DNA from: Rebecca billardiae RCC1528
Taxonomy: Eukaryota > Protista > Haptophyta
Direction: 5' to 3'
Assembly: GCA_965240325.2 (NCBI GenBank)
Contig: OZ251222.1
Span: forward strand, 4,526,001 to 4,590,000
Length of the DNA: 64,000 nt
Under the pieces are notes generated by a model. It was not told the origin of the DNA and searched no databases. It saw nothing but the letters and a program-made list of their open reading frames with translations. Below are positions 30,189-42,449 of this stretch, one piece after another. Within the stretch, counting starts at the first letter, position 1. Every line of letters begins with the position of its first letter. The position numbers were made by a program, and so were the translations under genes.

Positions 30189-32563
30189 ATGGACATGCGC
30201 AACTTCTTCAAGCCCGCGGGGGGCGGCGCGGTGGCCGCGGCGGGCGGGGCAGCGAAGGCCGCGGAGCCGGCGGCCGCGCAGGCCGCGACGCGCAAGCGGC
30301 CGCACCGCGTCGTGCTCGACGAGGACGACGAGGGCGACGACGCGGACGACGGCGGCAAGCGCATGCACGCGCGGCCCGCGCCCTCGCCCGAGTCGGCGGT
30401 GGCGTCGGCGGCGAAGACGCAGCAGCGCGGCTCGGCGGCGGTGCAACCGTCGCCGCTCAAGTCGGCCGAGCCCACGCCCAAGCCCACCCCGCCGCCGCGC
30501 GCGGCGGCGGGCGCCGCGGCCGCCGAGTGCGCGAGCGGCGGCGGCGGCGAGCGCGCGCACCGCGCGGAGGCGGCGGCGGCCAGCCCGCGCGACGGCGCGG
30601 CGGCGGGCGCGGCCGACGCGCCCGCCGCGGCCGAGGACGAGCCCGCGGCCGCGCACGCGCCCACCTCGCTCCTCGCGCAGATGCGCGCGGCCGCGCCCAA
30701 GGGCGAGCCTCCCAAGGCCAAGTCGAAGGGCGTGCTCGAGAACATGAAGGCGCTGCACGAGAACGCGCGCGGCTTCGACGCGGGTGGCGCGGGCTGGGCG
30801 GCGGGCAAGCCGGTGCCGTACGCCTTCCTCGCGAAGACCTTCGACGCGTGCGCGCAGACGACCAAGCGCCTCGAGATCACGATGCTCGTCACGAACGCGC
30901 TGCGCACGGTGCTCGAGCGCACGCCGTCCGACCTGCTCGTGTGCGTGTACCTGCTGGTGAACAAGCTCGCGCCGGCGTTCGACGGGCTCGAGCTCGGGCT
31001 GGGCGAGGCGTCGCTGATGCAGGTGATCGCCGATGCCACCGGCCGCTCGCTCAAGCAGATCAAGGCGGAGATGGCCAAGGACGGCGACCTCGGCGCGATC
31101 GCGATCGCGTCGCGCTCGACGCAGGGCGTGCTGATGCGGCCCGCGCCGCTCACCGCGCGCAAGGTGTACACGAGCTACCGCGAGATCGCCAAGATCGCGG
31201 GGGACAAGTCGCTGGAGAAGAAGAAGAACAAGGTGAAGGCGCTGCTCGTCGCGTCGGAGGGCAGCGAGGCGCAGTACATCGTGCGCTCGCTGCTCGGGAA
31301 GGGCAAGCTGCGGATCGGGCTGGCGGAGGCGACCGTGCAGGTGGCTCTGGCGCACGCGGTCACGCTCTCGCCGCCGCCCACCTCCGGCGCGAGCGCGCCC
31401 AACGTGCGCAAGCTCTCGGCCGAGGCGCTGCACGAGGTCCTCGACGACGCCTCCGCCGTGCGCGCGCGCGCACGCCCGCCGCGCGCGCCGCGCCCGCCGC
31501 GCGCGCATCGCGTGGCCGCCGGCCGAGCCCTGAGTGCGCGCGCTGAGCGCTGAGGCCTCGGCACGCGCCCTCGCCCTCGCGCGCGCGCGCCGCCGCGCCC
31601 GCCTCCGCCGCGCGCAGGTGCTCAAGGACGTGTACTCGCAGCACCCGTCGTACGACGTGCTGATCGCCGAGCTGCTGCAGCGCCCGCTCGCCGAGCTCCC
31701 CGCGCGCGTGCGCCTCACGGCGGGCGTGCCGTGCGGCCCGATGCTTGCCAAGCCCACCAACGGCGCGGCCGAGGTGTACGCTCGGCTGCCGGGCGCGTTC
31801 ACGTGCGAGTACAAGTACGACGGCGAGCGCGCGCAGGTGCACCTGCTGCCGGACGGCACGTTCCGCATCTTCTCGCGCAACTCGGAGGACATGACCGCGC
31901 GGTACCCCGACGTGCTCGAGCGGCTGGCCGAGACGGTCCGCCCCGGCACGTCCTCGTTCATCCTCGACTGCGAGGCCGTGGCGTACGACCGCGAGGCGTG
32001 CAAGCTGCTGCCCTTCCAGACGCTCTCGACGCGCGCGCGCAAGAACGTCACGACGGAGTCGGTGAAGGTGCACGTGCTGCTCTTCGCGTTCGACCTGCTG
32101 TACCACAACGGCGAGCCGCAGATCAAGAAGCCGCTGCGCGCGCGCCGCGCGCTGCTCGAGCGTGCCGTCAGCCCGCTCGAGGGCGTGCTGCGGCGCGCAG
32201 AGTGGCGCGACTCGGCCGTCGCGGAGGACATCGACGCGTTTCTGCTCGAGGCGGTGGCGGGCGCGTGCGAGGGGCTGATGGTGAAGACGCTCGACGAGAA
32301 CGCCACGTACGAGCCCTCGAAGCGCTCGCTCAACTGGCTCAAGGTGAAGAAGGACTACGTGCAGGGGATGGGCGACTCACTCGACCTCGTGCCCATTGGC
32401 GCGTACTACGGCAAGGGCAAGCGCACCGGCGTGTACGGCGCGTACCTGTGCGCGTGCTACAACGACGAGACGGAGGAGTTCGAGTCGATCTGCAAGATCG
32501 GCACGGGCTTCTCCGAGCAGGTGCTCAAGGAGCTCGCCGACCTCTTCAACGGCACGGCGGAGC

Positions 32564-32596
<33 letters not shown>

Positions 32597-33138
32597 ACGA
32601 CGACGACGACGACGACGACGCCGACGACGACGCCGACGACGCCGACGACGACCAAAGCGGCCGCGTGCGCACGCTCGAGGGCCCGCTCCCGTACTGCCGC
32701 TACCCGGCCAACCCGGCGCTCAAGCCCGACGTGTATCTCTCGCCATGCACGGTGCGCCGCCGCCGCGCACCAGCCGCCCTGCGACGCGCCGAGCGCGAGC
32801 GCGCGTGGCCGCGCCTTCACACGCTGCCCGCGCCGCGCGCGCGCTCACCTCGTCCGGCGCGCGCGCAGGTGTGGGAGGTGAAGGCGGCCGACCTGTCCAT
32901 CTCGCCCAACCACGCCGCGGCCGCCGGGCTGGTGGACGACGAGAAGGGCGTCGCGCTGCGCTTCCCGCGCTTCATCCAGATCCGACCCGACAAGACGACC
33001 GAGCAGGCGACCACGTCGACCGAGGTGGCTGACTTTTACCGGAAGCAGTTTGAGCACGCGCCCAAGGAGAAGGCGGCGGCGGACGAGGACGCCGACGAGG
33101 TCGAGGACGTGGACAGCGACGCCGAGGCAGAGGGCTAG
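30189..33138 (+). CDS. LIG1: DNA ligase I (introns 31458-31617 and 32752-32868)
   Basis: PIP-like MDMRNFF at the N-terminus, DNA-binding domain, EYKYDGERAQ active site, EGLMVK, WLKVKKDY, CKIGTGFS, ALRFPRFIQIRPDK. Confidence 0.97.
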
Positions 33139-34114
33139 GCGGGAGGGCAGCCGGACTCCCCGCGCCCGCGCGGCGGGCGACGCCGCAGAGTGCACGAGGG
33201 GAGGCGCATTACGTAGTCTACTGCCGTTGATGATTCATACTTATCATACTGATGATCGTCAGAGGCTTCATCATCAATAATCATCACTTTGATGGCGCGG
33301 CGCCATACTTCATTATTAATCATTATTATTGCGCGGCGGTCATCACTGACATCAGGACGGCGGTCATCAATCATCATCCGCCAGTGGCAGCGTGCAGCGC
33401 GGGGGCGGGAGTGCTGCAGCGCCGCCGCAGCGCGCGCATCTGCTGCTCGTCGTTGCGACGATGCTTTATATAGTTTATTATATATGATATTGCATCTCGT
33501 AGTTGCGCATCACATCTGCCGCGCCTCAATAGCGTCGTGCGCGTGCGCTGATTGATGAGTACTTATTGATGAGTCGTGACGAGTGATTATGTGCTCCGCT
33601 GACGCGCTCCGCGATGACGTCAGCAGTGATCTGTGATGCGCGCATGTGACGACAGTGACGCCAGTCCGCGATGCTGATGTCGTGTCGTGATGATATCGTC
33701 GTAGTAGATGACTATGTCAGAGTGATGATCTAGTCTAGAATTTTAGTTACAGCAGTGATGAGTGACGTCTGACGATTACTGTAGTTGATGACGATCGTCA
33801 CGCACACATCGTCTGAGACTCGTCTGACGGACGCATCATCCGGTCACATTCAGCGCGTCATCGCTGCTCACCGCATCGCCGTGTAGTCCGCCGTGAATAA
33901 TCCGCGTGTCGCAGCAGGGATCATATCATCGTTACTGCTGATCGCGCGCGCGCGGCCGCGGCCCGGCCAGCCAGCAGGGCAGCAGCTGATTACATGGCAG
34001 ACATGATCATGGCATCTGAACTCTGAAGACTGTATCGGAATTCAGTCCCGCGCCGCGTGATGACGCGACGCGTTCAGATCGCGCTCGCCTATACTCGACG
34101 CCCTGATGACGCAT

Positions 34115-34747
34115 CTAGCGCGATTCGTACCAGCCAAACCCCGCAGCAGGCCCGACTCCCGAGCGCCCGCCCGGCTCTCCATCAGACTCAAGCGCGTTGC
34201 GCTCGAGTGCCTCGAGCAGCACCTTGGGCACGTGCATGCGCAGCCGCTTCGATGTCGCCTTGAGTGACTCCTCGGACTCGCGCAGGACCTTCTTCTCCAT
34301 CAACGCAAGGTCGAGGGCCGTCTGCAGAGCTTGGATCGTGTCAGACATCTCGTGCACCTGCCGCTCGCACGCACGTAGCTCTGCCGCGAGCAGGTGCGCG
34401 TCTGCTTCCAGCGCCGCGCGGAGCGAGTCGGCAATGTTCGCCTGCACAGCGGCGAGCATCTTGGCTTCCTCGAGTGCGTCGAAGTGGTAGACGAGGCGGG
34501 GCGGAGGCTCCGTCGGCTCGTCGCGCAGTGCCACACGCGCCGCGAGGGCGGTCAGGTTCTCGTGCAACCGCGCCTCCCGCGCAGCTGCCGTGTCGAGCGC
34601 CGACTGTCGTTGCTCCAGTTGCGCGCGCAGGCTGTCGATGGTCTCGGCCTGCGCCTGGACCTGGGCGGCGAGGCTCGATGCATGGCTGCTGCGCTCATTC
34701 GCGCGCGCGATGCACTGCTGCACGATGGCCTCCGCGTCAACGGTCAT
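34115..34747 (-). CDS. Hypothetical coiled-coil protein
   Basis: Heptad-rich frame from ATG 34747 (MTVDAEAIVQQC..LQTALDLALMEKKVLRESEESLK). Confidence 0.6.
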   Translation of the reverse strand: MTVDAEAIVQQCIARANERSSHASSLAAQVQAQAETIDSLRAQLEQRQSALDTAAAREARLHENLTALAARVALRDEPTEPPPRLVYHFDALEEAKMLAAVQANIADSLRAALEADAHLLAAELRACERQVHEMSDTIQALQTALDLALMEKKVLRESEESLKATSKRLRMHVPKVLLEALERNALESDGEPGGRSGVGPAAGFGWYESR

Positions 34748-35214
34748 TGGCTGCTGCGTCGCGCCTCGGTGCACCTCCACCCGCACGGCGCACGCGAAGG
34801 CGCGAAACCAGTGCACAAAAGCGCGGGACGGCGGGAGCAACGCCGCTGAGAAGCTCCGCCCCATTACTGGTATCATACAAAAAAAGAGCGCTTCCAAAAT
34901 GACGAAATGAACTTCTCTTCGAAACATCGGATGACTGCTGTGCGTGAGCTCCCTACAGTCCCTAGTCAATCTGGGTATTGGTCGGAAACTAGTCGGTTTC
35001 ACAAAGCCGCTCAGCTGATATCGAAAACCCGCGTGAGCTCACCCGCCTTTGCCCACGAGCGGGCTCCGCGCGCCGCACGTCAAAGCTGGTGAGCAGCGCG
35101 AGTGATGAGTGCGCACAGGGCGGGCGGCGGAAGATGGCGCAGTGAGTGAGAAGCGAGCACCTTGGTGAGGTCTTGCACGCCTGACGCGCACTAGAAGCGC
35201 GGCCGTCACACGCG

Positions 35215-36446
35215 ATGTACGCCGGGTCGGGGCGCCAAGCGACCTCAGCACCCGCCAGTCGGCGCCCGAGCGTCAGCCGGACCACTTCACTCGTCACCGA
35301 CACCGAGCCACGACAGCGCGATCGTCAGGTGCGGCCCGCCCGCGCCGTGCTGCGCGTGCGCGCGCGGCGTGGCGCCCGTGCGGCGCGCGTGACGCGTGCC
35401 GACGCATCCCGCCCGTTCTCTGCGCGCGCAGTTCTTCGCCCCGTCGGCCGCGTCTGCGCACCGCCGTGGCACCGGTCCGAGCTATGAGCTGCGCACGTCG
35501 CAGCAGGGGCGCGCCGATGACATCCCGACCGACCGGGCGACCGCGGCGCGGCGTGCGACCATCTCTGGCGTGCGCACGACGCTGCAGGCACCGGCGGGCG
35601 TGACCGTGCGCGTGGCCACGCGCGGCCACCACCGCACGGTGGGCTCTGCCGCGCTCCACGGCTCCGCGGTCGGCAAGGTGAGCACCGGCCCTGGCGGCTT
35701 CCGGATGAGCATGGCCGCCCTCGACTCGCTCGACTTCACCGGGGCCGTCGCGCGGCTCGCGCTGGTCGACGCGGTCGGGGCGTCGGGCTCGATGCACGCG
35801 ACCGTGCGCACGAGCGCGCGAACGCTCAACCTCGGCGAGCGCACCGCCGTCTCGCCGCGCGGCGCGGCGCGGCCGAGCTCCGCGTCGGTGGGCGCGGCGC
35901 CGAGCTCGACGGCAACCTGGCCGGGGGCCGAGGCGGTGGGCCATCCGCCGTTGGTTTCGGGCGGGGCTGGCGGCAGCACGGGCGCGCGTGTCCGGCCCCG
36001 CTCTCGCGCGCTGACCGAGGGCTACGCGGCCGTCGGCAGCCCCGCCATCGCGATCAGGCGCAGCAGCTCGGCGCGCGGCGGCGGCGGCGGCGGAAACGGC
36101 GGGAATGGCGTGAACGGCGGCGGCGGCTGCTCGAGGAGCGGCCGCAGCGCGTGGGCGGACGTGGACGGCGCGCAGGGTGGCTCGTCAGCGAGTGCCGCGG
36201 CGCGCTCGCGCAGCGCACGCGACGCGGCCGCCGCGGGCACCGCCGACGAGCTCTCCCGCCTCGCGCCCACCACGGTCGGCGCGCCGATCTACTCTTCGCA
36301 CGCGGTCGCTGCCAGCACGCTCGCGAGCGTGTACGGAGCTGCGCCCGGCGGCAGGCGCGCGTCGTCGTGGGCGCTCGAGCGCTCGGATCGGCGGGCGCGG
36401 CCGGCGACGGCGTCGGCTGCCGCCGCCGCCGCGTCCTCGCGCGTGA

Positions 36447-36477
<31 letters not shown>

Positions 36478-38202
36478 GGGCACCTCGGGCGCGGACTCGA
36501 GCTCGGCGAGCGCAACCGACGACGGCTCGAGCAGCGGAGAGCGGCGGCGCGCGGGCAGCGTGGCGCGTACGCTGCGCGTGCGGATCACGCCGATGGCGCG
36601 CGGCGGGTCTCGCGCGCGGCCGGAGATGCGGCACGCGCCGCTTGTGATCGTCCACCTGCACGCCACCATCGCCGACCTCTACCCGCCCTCCTTCTGGGCG
36701 CAGCCGCCCACGCACGCGCTGTTTGTGCGGCCGGGCGCGGCGATCGGCCTGCGGCTGCTCGCGCAGTCGCACCAGCTGGTGGGCGTGTGCCACTGCACGG
36801 CGCACTACGCGCCGCTCGCGCTGGCGCACCTGCAGGCGCGCGGCGTGCGCTTCGACGCGCTGTACGACGTCTCCGAGCTCGCCTGCGCGGGCGGCGACGC
36901 CGAGTCCGTCGACGCGGCGGCGGAGCTCGCTGACGAGCGCGAGCGCGGCGGCCGAGGAGGCGGCGGCGGCGGCGGCGCAGCAGGCGGCGGCACTTGTTGT
37001 GGCGGCGGGGCGCGCGGCAGCGAGCGCAGCGCCGCCGGCGCGCTGGCGAGTACCGAGATGCTCGCGTGCGCGGCAGCCTTCGCCGAGCAGACCGCGGAAG
37101 CGCGCACGCCCTTCGCCCGCGGCCCCTCGCCCGCGGCCAGCCTGCTGCGCGCGGCGGAGGTCGGCTCAGAGGGCGGCAGGGGAGAAGCGCTGCGGCCGCA
37201 CGCGTACTCGTCCGCTGCGGCCGCCATCGCGCGCACGGCCGCCCCGGGCCACGCGGCAGCGGAGGCGCTGCCCTTCTCGCGCGCGCAGCAGGCGCTCGTC
37301 TCGTCGTACAACCCCAAGCGCGGCGCCCTGCCGGCGTGCGACTACAGCCCCATCTACGACGCCTTTGGTGCGGCGCGCGCCGCCTCGCACGCCCGCGCGC
37401 TCGGCCGCGCGGCGCTGTGCGCGCGCCGCGCTCACGCGCTGCGTCTTGCCCCGCTCTCGACCGCGCCGCGCGCTCGCGCGCAGGCGTGCCGCCCGAGGAG
37501 GTGTGCGCGCGCGTGCTCGTGATCGGCAGCATCGACCTCGACCACGACGAGATCGAGGAGCGCGAGGGCACGCGGCTGCTGTGCGATGACGAGCAGCTCG
37601 CGCCGCGGCCCGCGTTCACGGGCGCGTCGGCGCGGCCGCCGTGCTGCCCGCACGGTGGCGCGCAGCACGCGCCGCCGGTGGTGCTCCTCGTGCCCAACCC
37701 GCGCGCGCAGCCGGACTCGCGCGCGCTGCGCATGGAGCTCATCCTCGACATCGTGCAGGACCTGTACACCTCCGGCCGCGCCAACTGGCACGCGGGCTTC
37801 CGCGCGCTCGGCCGGCGCGACGTCAAGAAGGCGCGCGTGCACGCGCGGCCGGACGGCGTGGGCATCGCGGCGGAGCCGGGCGAGGGCTCGGCCTCGAGCA
37901 CCGCGCACGCGTACGTGGTCGTGCGTGGCGCGCGCGCGCGCGCGCCGATGCTCGTCCCCTTCGACCCCTCGCGCGTGCTGCGGCCGGACGAGCTCGACGA
38001 GGTGGCGCCGGCGGAGGTGATTGCGAGCAAGGCGGCGCCTGCTGGCCCGGACCCGCCGCCGGCGTCGGGGCCGTCCTCCTCGCGCGCCTCTGCAGGCCTC
38101 GTGGCAGACGCCTGCACACCCGCCTACAGGTCTGAAAAGTCGCGGGCCGGCAGCGTCGGGGTGGGGGCGGCGTCGACGGTCGCCGCTGTCGCGGCACGGT
38201 GA
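35215..38202 (+). CDS. Low-complexity protein with degenerate FCP1/SCP (HAD)-like domain (introns 35329-35431 and 37368-37483)
   Basis: LVIVHLHATIAD..LFVRPG..LRLLAQSHQLVGVCHCTAHYA resembles the FCP1-homology domain. Phase-compatible GT..AG introns join three ORFs. Confidence 0.6.
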
Positions 38203-38608
38203 CAGATGTCGTCGAGGTCGACGGTCATCATCATCACTGCTGATGTCTGCACTGATGATGATGATCGACATCACCGATCACTACAGTTACCGAGGCCGAC
38301 TACGCTTATTTGCATGTGTGAGTATGGCATGTGTCGTCACATGCTGACAATGCATGTGAGTGATGAGGCGCGGTCCAGACTCGACTCTCGAGTGACTAGA
38401 GCCGGCCTTGCCGGATGACCTACTCGTCCTCAGTGTCATGGAGTCATCAGCGTGGAACGCGCGCGCGCTGTGAATTAGATTTGGCTAGCAGTGACCGTCA
38501 TCATATATAGTATAGTACTCATCATAGTCATAGTACGCGCGCCGGGCCGCCGGCGCGCGCGCAACATACGATTACAGTTCCGAGTATAGGCAGCGCGCAG
38601 CCGGTCAA

Positions 38609-39700
38609 TTAAAACCAACCGTCCCAGCCGCCTTCATCATCCTCAAACGACTCCTCCTCGTCCGACATGCCGCTGGGGTTGTAGTCGTCGTCCTCCTCGT
38701 CGGAAGCATCCGAGCCCTCGCCGGCCATGCCGGGCTGCAGGTTGTGGTTGACTCCAGATTGCTCGTGCTGCCGCAGCAGATCGTGCGTGTCCGCGCCGCA
38801 CGAGCACTTCTTCGCGCCCGTCTTCTTCGCCGTCTTCTCCAGCGTGCCGCCGCACGTGTAGCAGAAGACGCAGTTGCAGCGGCAGTGCATGGCGTCGCAG
38901 CCGCCCCGCTTCTGCACCCACGCCTTGCAGCCCGGGCACTGGCGCAGCTTCTCGCCCTTGGCGAAGCGCTCAAAGCATAGCTCGCCCGCGCTGCTGTCGC
39001 CGCCCTCCGCGGCGACCTCCTCGCACCGCCGGCCGGCGTGCCACGGCATGACCCGGCAGACCAGGCAGTACGACTTGTGGCACAGCGGGCACTCGAACTT
39101 GCGGTTGTCCTCCTCCCAGCAGAAGAGGTAGTTGCAGCCAGGCGTGGGGCACGCGCCCATGTCCGCCTCCGTCTCCGCCGCGCGCAGCAGCGTGAGCCGC
39201 TCGTACCGCGCGGCTTCGGCCGGCGTTCGGAGGCAGCGCTTCACATCGGCCGGCGCGAGTGGCTTAGCGCAGCGCTCCGGCTCGACGCACGGGCAGACCA
39301 GCTGCTCCGGCAGCACCTCGCCTGAAGCCACCTTGGTGCGGACGTACTGCTCGAGGCACTCGACGCAGAACGGGTGGCTGCAGCCGTAGAGCACGGCCCC
39401 TTCGGACGGGGGCGTGTCGCAGAAGCACACGGGGCACGTGAATGCGCTCTTCGGCCGCGCCCAGCGGCTCTTCGCGCCGCCTGCAGCCGCTCCAGCGCCA
39501 CTGCCACTGCCACTGTCGTCGGGCTCGGCGGATAAATCGACGACGCATGACTGCGCAGCGCCCCCGCGCGCTCCGGCGTGGTCACGGCGCCGGCGACGAC
39601 GCTGCTGACTCGAGCCCACAGCACCCGCGCCACGAGTGCTGGCGTCGTCGTCGTCGTCGCACAGATCAATGACGACAGCTGGCCGCTTGCCGCTGGCCAT
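38609..39700 (-). CDS. RBR (RING1-IBR-RING2) E3 ubiquitin ligase with N-terminal SIM-like motifs
   Basis: CPVCFC..CSHPFCVEC..CPC; CPTPGC..CPLCHKSYCLVCRVMPWHAGRRC; CPGCKAWVQKRGGCDAMHCRCNCVFCYTC. Confidence 0.93.
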   Translation of the reverse strand: MASGKRPAVVIDLCDDDDDASTRGAGAVGSSQQRRRRRRDHAGARGGAAQSCVVDLSAEPDDSGSGSGAGAAAGGAKSRWARPKSAFTCPVCFCDTPPSEGAVLYGCSHPFCVECLEQYVRTKVASGEVLPEQLVCPCVEPERCAKPLAPADVKRCLRTPAEAARYERLTLLRAAETEADMGACPTPGCNYLFCWEEDNRKFECPLCHKSYCLVCRVMPWHAGRRCEEVAAEGGDSSAGELCFERFAKGEKLRQCPGCKAWVQKRGGCDAMHCRCNCVFCYTCGGTLEKTAKKTGAKKCSCGADTHDLLRQHEQSGVNHNLQPGMAGEGSDASDEEDDDYNPSGMSDEEESFEDDEGGWDGWF

Positions 39701-40221
39701 CACGGCTGTGCTCTGCACGCGCGGCCTCGCTCGGCACCGTTGCCCGGGACAAGGGTGTCCTTGCCCGGGATCTCAGACTGGATCTCAGATCGGACATGTC
39801 CTGGCCAGTCCAGGGCCGGTGCAGCCGTGCAGGGGCGCCCTCGCCTTGCTGATTTGAGATTGAGTTTTGTACAAGTATTGTATCTCGTCCGCCAGACTAC
39901 TCTACGTGCGTCTCTTTTTCTTGCTGTATACCGTAGTCGAGTGTAAACTGCACAGGACGACTCCCGCATGCCTGCCGCACGCCGCGGAGCAGCAAAGTCT
40001 GGACCCCACGATCTCAGCGGGCCTGGCACTTGGCGGCAGCACGGGGCCGAGGAGAGTCGTCGTCGCTCCGGGCCACGAGGCTGGGGGCACGGGTGCCACT
40101 GCTCGGTGCTCCGATCCGGCCTGGTCAGTGCCGCAGTGCCGCAGTCGGGGCGGTCCAGCCCCGAGCCCGACCGCGTCTGAGTCACGGAGCGGGACTGCAG
40201 TGGCTCACAACGAGTGACGCA

Positions 40222-40908
40222 TCACCGAGGAGCATCGCGCGGGGGCTTGCTGCCAGAGGCGGGCGCAGCGCGCCCCGAGTGCAATCGCCCACCTCCATCA
40301 GCTGATGCGCCTGCGCCTGGCGCCGCGCCCGGCCGCCGGCCGAGCCCCGCGCTCGGGGCTGACGTGCGTCGGCCAGCTGCGCCCGTGGAGCCGCCGCCGG
40401 GCGCTGGCGGCGGATTGCCCTTGGCCGCCTCCTCGGCTCGCGGCTTGAGCGTCGCTGGCCGAGGTGCCCCGGCCGAGCCGCCTTCCCCAACCCGTTGCGG
40501 CACGCTCCGGCGCCGTTCGAGGTTCTCCTTTGCAGGCGGCGGCCCCGAGCGCCCAGCGCGCCCCCCTTGGAGGGCCATATCTGGTGGGCGTGACGGCTCG
40601 CCGGTGGGCGTGGCACCCGCGACGCCGCGACGCGTACCGCGCTCGCTCGCCCGCCGGATGTGCGTGCTGAGCTGCTGCCACACGTCGGCAGGCACACGCA
40701 CGTCGGTCTCGTGCGGAGACTCGCTCGCCTTTGCCTCCGCAACGCTGACCAGTTCGTTGGCGGCCGCGACGGAGGCTGTCAACGCGTGCATGGTGTCGTG
40801 CTGCCGATTGAGCGTCTCCGTGAGGAGCGCGTTGGCGCGTTCGAGCTGGCGGAGCTGCGCGGTGAGGAAGGCCAGCTCAGGACTCGCCGTGGCGGTCCCA
40901 ACCGCCAT
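40222..40908 (-). CDS. Hypothetical protein with N-terminal coiled coil
   Basis: MAVGTATASPELAFLTAQLRQLERANALLTETLNRQ; the rest is low complexity. Exon structure is uncertain. Confidence 0.45.
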   Translation of the reverse strand: MAVGTATASPELAFLTAQLRQLERANALLTETLNRQHDTMHALTASVAAANELVSVAEAKASESPHETDVRVPADVWQQLSTHIRRASERGTRRGVAGATPTGEPSRPPDMALQGGRAGRSGPPPAKENLERRRSVPQRVGEGGSAGAPRPATLKPRAEEAAKGNPPPAPGGGSTGAAGRRTSAPSAGLGRRPGAAPGAGASADGGGRLHSGRAAPASGSKPPRDAPR

Positions 40909-40955
40909 CGTTCGGCAGATTTCGTCAACGCGTGATCTCGATCCAAAGACGAGCG

Positions 40956-42045
40956 ATGGCAGTGGCTCGCCACGTGTCGCTGGCGCTGGCGCTCGCCGCA
41001 GTGCACGCCGCGGCGGTGCGCGTGGGTCGCCCCCCATGCGTGGCGCCGCGCTCGATCCGCATGGCGCAGGGAGGCACGCGGGTGCGCTGCTCCATGAGCG
41101 CCGCCCCAGCGGCAGGCGAGGGGGCGGAGGAGCTGCCGATGCTCGGCACGCTCCTCGAGGCTGCGCGCGCAGAGCAGCTCTCGGTGGTGGAGGAGGAGTT
41201 CGAGCGCATTCCGCACGGCACGATGAAGCGCGTGCACGAGCTCGCCGCGGACGGGGACGCCGAGGCGCGCTGGCTCGTGCGCGCGATGGAGGACGTGATG
41301 CAGGCGCGGCTCGAGGCGGGCGCGACCAAGCTGCGCGAGCTCCTGCAGGCGGGTGAGATCAACAAGATGGACGCGCAGCTGGTGAAGCTGGTGCGCGAGG
41401 GCGGCGCGGACACGGCGTTCAACATCGTGCTCACCTCGAACATCGAGCACGCCCGCGCCGCCGAGGACGAGCGCATGCTCCAGCTGTACACGCACCTGCA
41501 CACGCGCATGCAGGAAGAGCTCGAGAAGACAGTCTCGCCCGCGCGCGGCCTGCTGCACCGCGTGATGCGCACGGACGATGCGAGCGTGCGCGAGCGCATC
41601 CTCGTGGACTTCCTCGCGCCGAAGAGCAGCGTGCGCCTCCCGAGCGGCGACGAGGTCGCGCTCGACACGCCCGCGCCGCCAAAGGTGTCTGCCGATGAGC
41701 TCGGGGACGCGGTCGCGGATGCGGTCGCCGCGCTCGGCAGTGTCGAGCTCGGTGCCGACGGGGAGGGCTCGGGCGCGATGATCGCGGCGTCCGTGGAGGA
41801 CATTCGGCAGGTGGCCATCATGGCCCGCGCGGTCATCGCCGAGCACGGCAGCGCGGACGACCTCGAGCGCTTCTCGGCTATGCTCATGCCCACATGTGCG
41901 CGCGCCGGCCAGCCCGCAGCGCGCCGCAGCCGCGCGCCGCGCACGCACGCCCTGCCTGACCAGCGGCTGCCCCCGATGCGCGCGCTCGCACCGTGCGCGG
42001 TGCGCAGTCGCGCCATGGCAACAGCAACGGCCGCCAGCTGCATGA
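40956..42045 (+). CDS. Probable plastid-targeted helical protein, At4g37920/PALE CRESS-like (intron 41896-42007)
   Basis: Hydrophobic signal plus transit-like leader; LYTHLHTRMQEELEKTVSPARGLLHRVMRTDDASVRERIL. Splicing gives ..LMPTFAPWQQQRPPAA*. The family call is from memory of the motif. Confidence 0.6.
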
Positions 42046-42449
42046 TGCACGCCGCCAGCTGTGCTCAGCTGTGTCGCAACGTCATCGCTGCTACTGTAGG
42101 CAGGTGCTGCGGGCGGCAACGGCTCAGCCCGTCCCGCCGGTCCGCCGCGGTCCGGACTCCGGTGACGGGTGAGCTGTTGTCGTTGACGAAGATCATCATC
42201 TTTGTATATGTGAACCGCGCGCCGAATCAGCACCTATATATATATATAGGCGCGTGCATGCGCGCGCTCAACAAGTAGCATAGTCATCAATAATACTCTG
42301 CTCATCAGCAGTAGCGGCCTCGGCGCGCATCATTGTCACGCCCGATGGCCGATCATCAGCAGGCGCATGCACGCGTCACGGCGGTCGTCGCTGCCGCCCG
42401 CCGGCTGCGCGGCCCGCATGCACGGTGGATTGCACGCCGTGACTCGCGG

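Noticed and set aside
26931-32342. 1803-aa minus ORF and 1588-aa plus ORF as giant overlapping genes
   Set aside because: Their 5' parts are stop-free antisense shadows of LIG1 and of the GTPase fusion in high-GC DNA. The real starts are 30044 (-) and 30189 (+).
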